In this document: in pieces, positions 63,586-64,000 of the stretch
Layout: every line of letters starts with the position of its first letter
Position numbering within the stretch: the first letter of the stretch is position 1
From: Octopus sinensis
Taxonomy: Eukaryota
Length of the DNA: 64,000 nucleotides
Direction of reading: 5' to 3'
Assembly (NCBI RefSeq): GCF_006345805.1
Contig: NC_043004.1
Location: forward strand, 102,796,001 to 102,860,000
Made by a program: the position numbers and the translations under genes
The notes under the pieces: model-generated
Database searches by the model: none
The model's input: only the letters and a program-made list of their open reading frames with translations
Told to the model about the DNA's origin: nothing

Positions 63586-63780
63586 ATCATCATCATTTAA
63601 CGCCTGTTTTCCATGTTGTCATGGGATGGACAACCTGACCGGAGCTGGTCAGTCAAAAGACTGAGCCAAGTTCCAGTGTTTGCTTTGGCATGATTTCTAG
63701 GGCTGGATGCCCTTCCAAATGTCAACCCGGTTACACAATATACTGGTTGCTTCTTACACGGCACCATCAGAAGTGAGGTT
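63586..63780 (-). mobile_element. RTE-type 3'UTR/(GAT)n-tailed repeat
   Basis: (cat)n ttaacgcc...ggctggatgcccttcc. Confidence 0.65.
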
Positions 63781-64000
63781 ACCAAATAACCTGAGTGTGC
63801 GTGTATGGAATAGGGGTGTAGTAATAGTGGTATAAGCAGAGGGACAGGAATAGGTATCTTGGCAATAAAGGAGATACATGGCTACCCGAGGAGAGAGAGA
63901 AGCTGGGAGGTGTGATGGAGGCTATACTCAAGTTACAGGGAGGTGTATATAAGAGAAGTAGGACCAAAGATTGGATAGGGTGAATGGGTGGGTAAGTTCA

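Overview
AT-rich, repeat-dense animal genomic DNA. The SINE, RTE-LINE and microsatellite content suggests an octopus or other coleoid cephalopod; this is recall, not a database result. Parts of two minus-strand host genes are recognisable. (1) The first coding exon of an EH-domain/EHD (RME-1/Past1) ATPase at 17672-17195, followed by an intron that appears to run off the start of the window (>17 kb). (2) The last three coding exons of an ornithine decarboxylase (63095-62971, 60948-60734, 59622-59523) with an intact catalytic GPTCD motif. The rest is intronic or intergenic: tRNA-derived SINEs (some as multimers inside one TSD), RTE and CR1 LINE fragments, mariner/Tc1, piggyBac- and hAT-type MITEs, a Helitron, a decayed Sola2-like transposon with ~500-bp TIRs, Gypsy/solo LTRs, Penelope-like remnants and long microsatellites. 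Most ORFs in the supplied track are microsatellite or repeat artefacts. No prokaryote-style system (CRISPR, operon) is present. Best leads: a candidate 27-nt in-frame microexon in ODC, minimal hammerhead-ribozyme motifs, a possibly self-priming Gypsy LTR, a 153-bp perfect palindrome, a 5'-inverted RTE insertion and possible cargo in the Sola2 element. All are unverified hypotheses.
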